This document shows, piece by piece, positions 58,780-64,000 of a DNA stretch of 64,000 nucleotides. The stretch lies in NCBI RefSeq assembly GCF_964204645.1, contig NC_134026.1:22602150-22666149 (forward strand). Direction: 5' to 3'. How positions within the stretch are numbered: the stretch's first letter is position 1; every line of letters starts with the position of its first letter. Source of the DNA: Tubulanus polymorphus. Lineage: Eukaryota; Animalia; Nemertea. A program made the translations under genes and the position numbers. A model generated the notes under the pieces. That model ran no database searches, was not told the origin of the DNA, and saw nothing but the letters and a program-made list of their open reading frames with translations.

Positions 58780-60887
58780 TGCGGTTTTATAACTGTGCTT
58801 TCTTTGCTTCGTTTGAATTTATCGCGTTTTCCATCAAGTTCATGACAGTATTGTACATAATTAATTATATATTAATTATATTGTACATATTTGGTCTACC
58901 TTTTGCACACCCTTTGGTTAAGTCAATGCTGGTTTGGCTAGTTTAGATATATAGCTTAGTGATTACCTCACTAATTGTCATTCCGTGAAATGTTATCATG
59001 AGGTGTAGAACATCTTTAAATGTTGATTTATTTTCTTTATTGTACATGTACGTTTAACAATTAGTATTAAAGTTGTATAAGTTTAAGTTTCACTGTATAA
59101 TGCATGCACCCCTCAATTTGTATACTATTATGCGTTAGAGATTTTTATGTGTTTACTTAACCTGCTAAGACTAGTCTGTAACATTTGTAACTACATGTAA
59201 TATTATCCTTTAATTCTAATGCTTCCGGAAAATGTATGAGATTTAGATGAACTTTGTTCGGTAGACTCTGCCTTATTTTAAGAGTATACATGTACTGCAG
59301 GGAATATCATAAAATCACGATCTTTTATACAACGATTTATCCGTTGTTATGAACCTAGAATTTTTTCCCCAAATAGGATAATTTCATACTGGATATTTTA
59401 ACGGAACTATTGGTTATAACAAACAAATCTCCTAGTCCCCTGATGTCCTTTGTCACTAGGTTCCCCTTTACCTCAGTTAAGAATTGAATGGAGAAGAAAT
59501 TTCAAAAAAATTCTCCATGAAATCTCATAGACTATAGTGGTTCATAAATAGTTGGCCAGTATTGAGTAAGCCAGAGTCTATTTCTATTCTATGATCATTT
59601 CACTGATATCTTACTTAATTGTTGTGATAATCGTGAGTCAATCATGCATTTTAACTTGATTTTGAAATGATCATTGGAAGTTTTTTAGAAGTTGTAAATA
59701 GCTTGTTTAAATAATAAAATGGAACAGATATTTTACGCGAAAAGTAGTATCTGTTTGATAATGTACCTTCTATATTGTTGTCCGCTGCTGATATCTTATC
59801 CATTTGTGGAACTATGTCAACTGGCCCTGTGGTTTGGTATCCTGTTGGTCTTATGGCTATTGATGAGATATGTGAACTCTCATATATCGCGATGCCTTCA
59901 GGGTTTATAAATATGATGGTAGTCTGGTCATTTTGAGAACCTTGTCTAGCAGAGTACAAATGTCATTGATAATGAATTCTAGTCTTGACCGTACGTATCA
60001 GAGGACACTGGTGGTCTCGTGGATCCAATCCAATTTGTTGAAGGGCTCATCACATCCATAAAGGGCACTTTGATATCCAAAAGGAATTATCCTTAGACAT
60101 ATGAGAATGTTCCTAATTGGAGGGATCGTACATCAGAGTTGGGGATCCATATTCAAATCTGTTAAACTTAGAGGACGAAGATAACATCGACAAAAATAAC
60201 TTTGTCCTTTAGCAAAAAATAACTTTGTCCTTTAGCAGGGATTCAAACCAGATGCCATCACTAGACTTGGCCACAATGGCATAGTCGGTGTAATCAGGTT
60301 CGAATCTCTGCCAGGGAAGGATGGTAAGATTGTTGCAGCAATCAAGTCAACTATTCCACTACCAGTATTTTAGGAAAGGCCATGACAGCAACTATTACTT
60401 CATCAAATTCGAGCAAGACATCCAAAAACAGACACAACAATTAATTATCATATATATGATTTTATTTGCCGACAAAATATTCTGATCCATGATTTACAAT
60501 GCTTTAATATGCATGAACACAAATTAAGATTAAGAAGTAAATATTTACATGAAGTATAGATTTCAATCACTTCACAAAAATCGTCTTTGAATTGTAAATT
60601 CTTTTTAAACCACTAATGGTAACAATGTCGCTGTATATGATATTCATTCTATATTAGTATACGTGTATGATATCTCAGGTGGAAAAATGCTTTTTACCAC
60701 ACACTTAAAAACGATGAATATTTACAATCGTGTGTGCTTTATTTACACTTTCAACATGTCACCACAACACATGTTTCACATTCTCTGTGTCCAAAATGAA
60801 TGTAACGCTACACTTGCCAAAATCGATAATAAATACAAATATTTATAAAATGACAGGTTTACGCAAAAATTGAACTGTCATAATCAA

Positions 60888-64000
<3,113 letters not shown>

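Overview
Eukaryotic DNA from a gene-dense, AT-rich animal genome with many short (about 65-100 bp) GT-AG introns. It is most likely a marine invertebrate (inference). Ten genes were read by joining exons by eye. In order: an uncharacterised TBC/Rab-GAP-fold-like protein (+), a GT61 glycosyltransferase resembling plant beta-1,2-xylosyltransferase (+), MTG1 (+), PIGA (-), a NACHT-LRR (NLR) gene with an acidic N-terminus (+), Derlin-2 (+), SANBR/KIAA1841 (-), an SLC22 transporter (-), a ~2000-aa multi-C2H2 zinc-finger gene (+) and the 3' part of PRPF8 (-). MTG1 and Derlin-2 each carry a U12 minor-spliceosome intron. Introns and intergenic DNA hold several non-autonomous DNA-transposon types. The largest is a 6.4-kb TTAA-flanked element built from nested tandem repeats of an ATGGCG motif, including a near-perfect 1.55-kb triplication. 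No prokaryote-type system or CRISPR array is present. Exon boundaries are manual and need RNA-seq confirmation.
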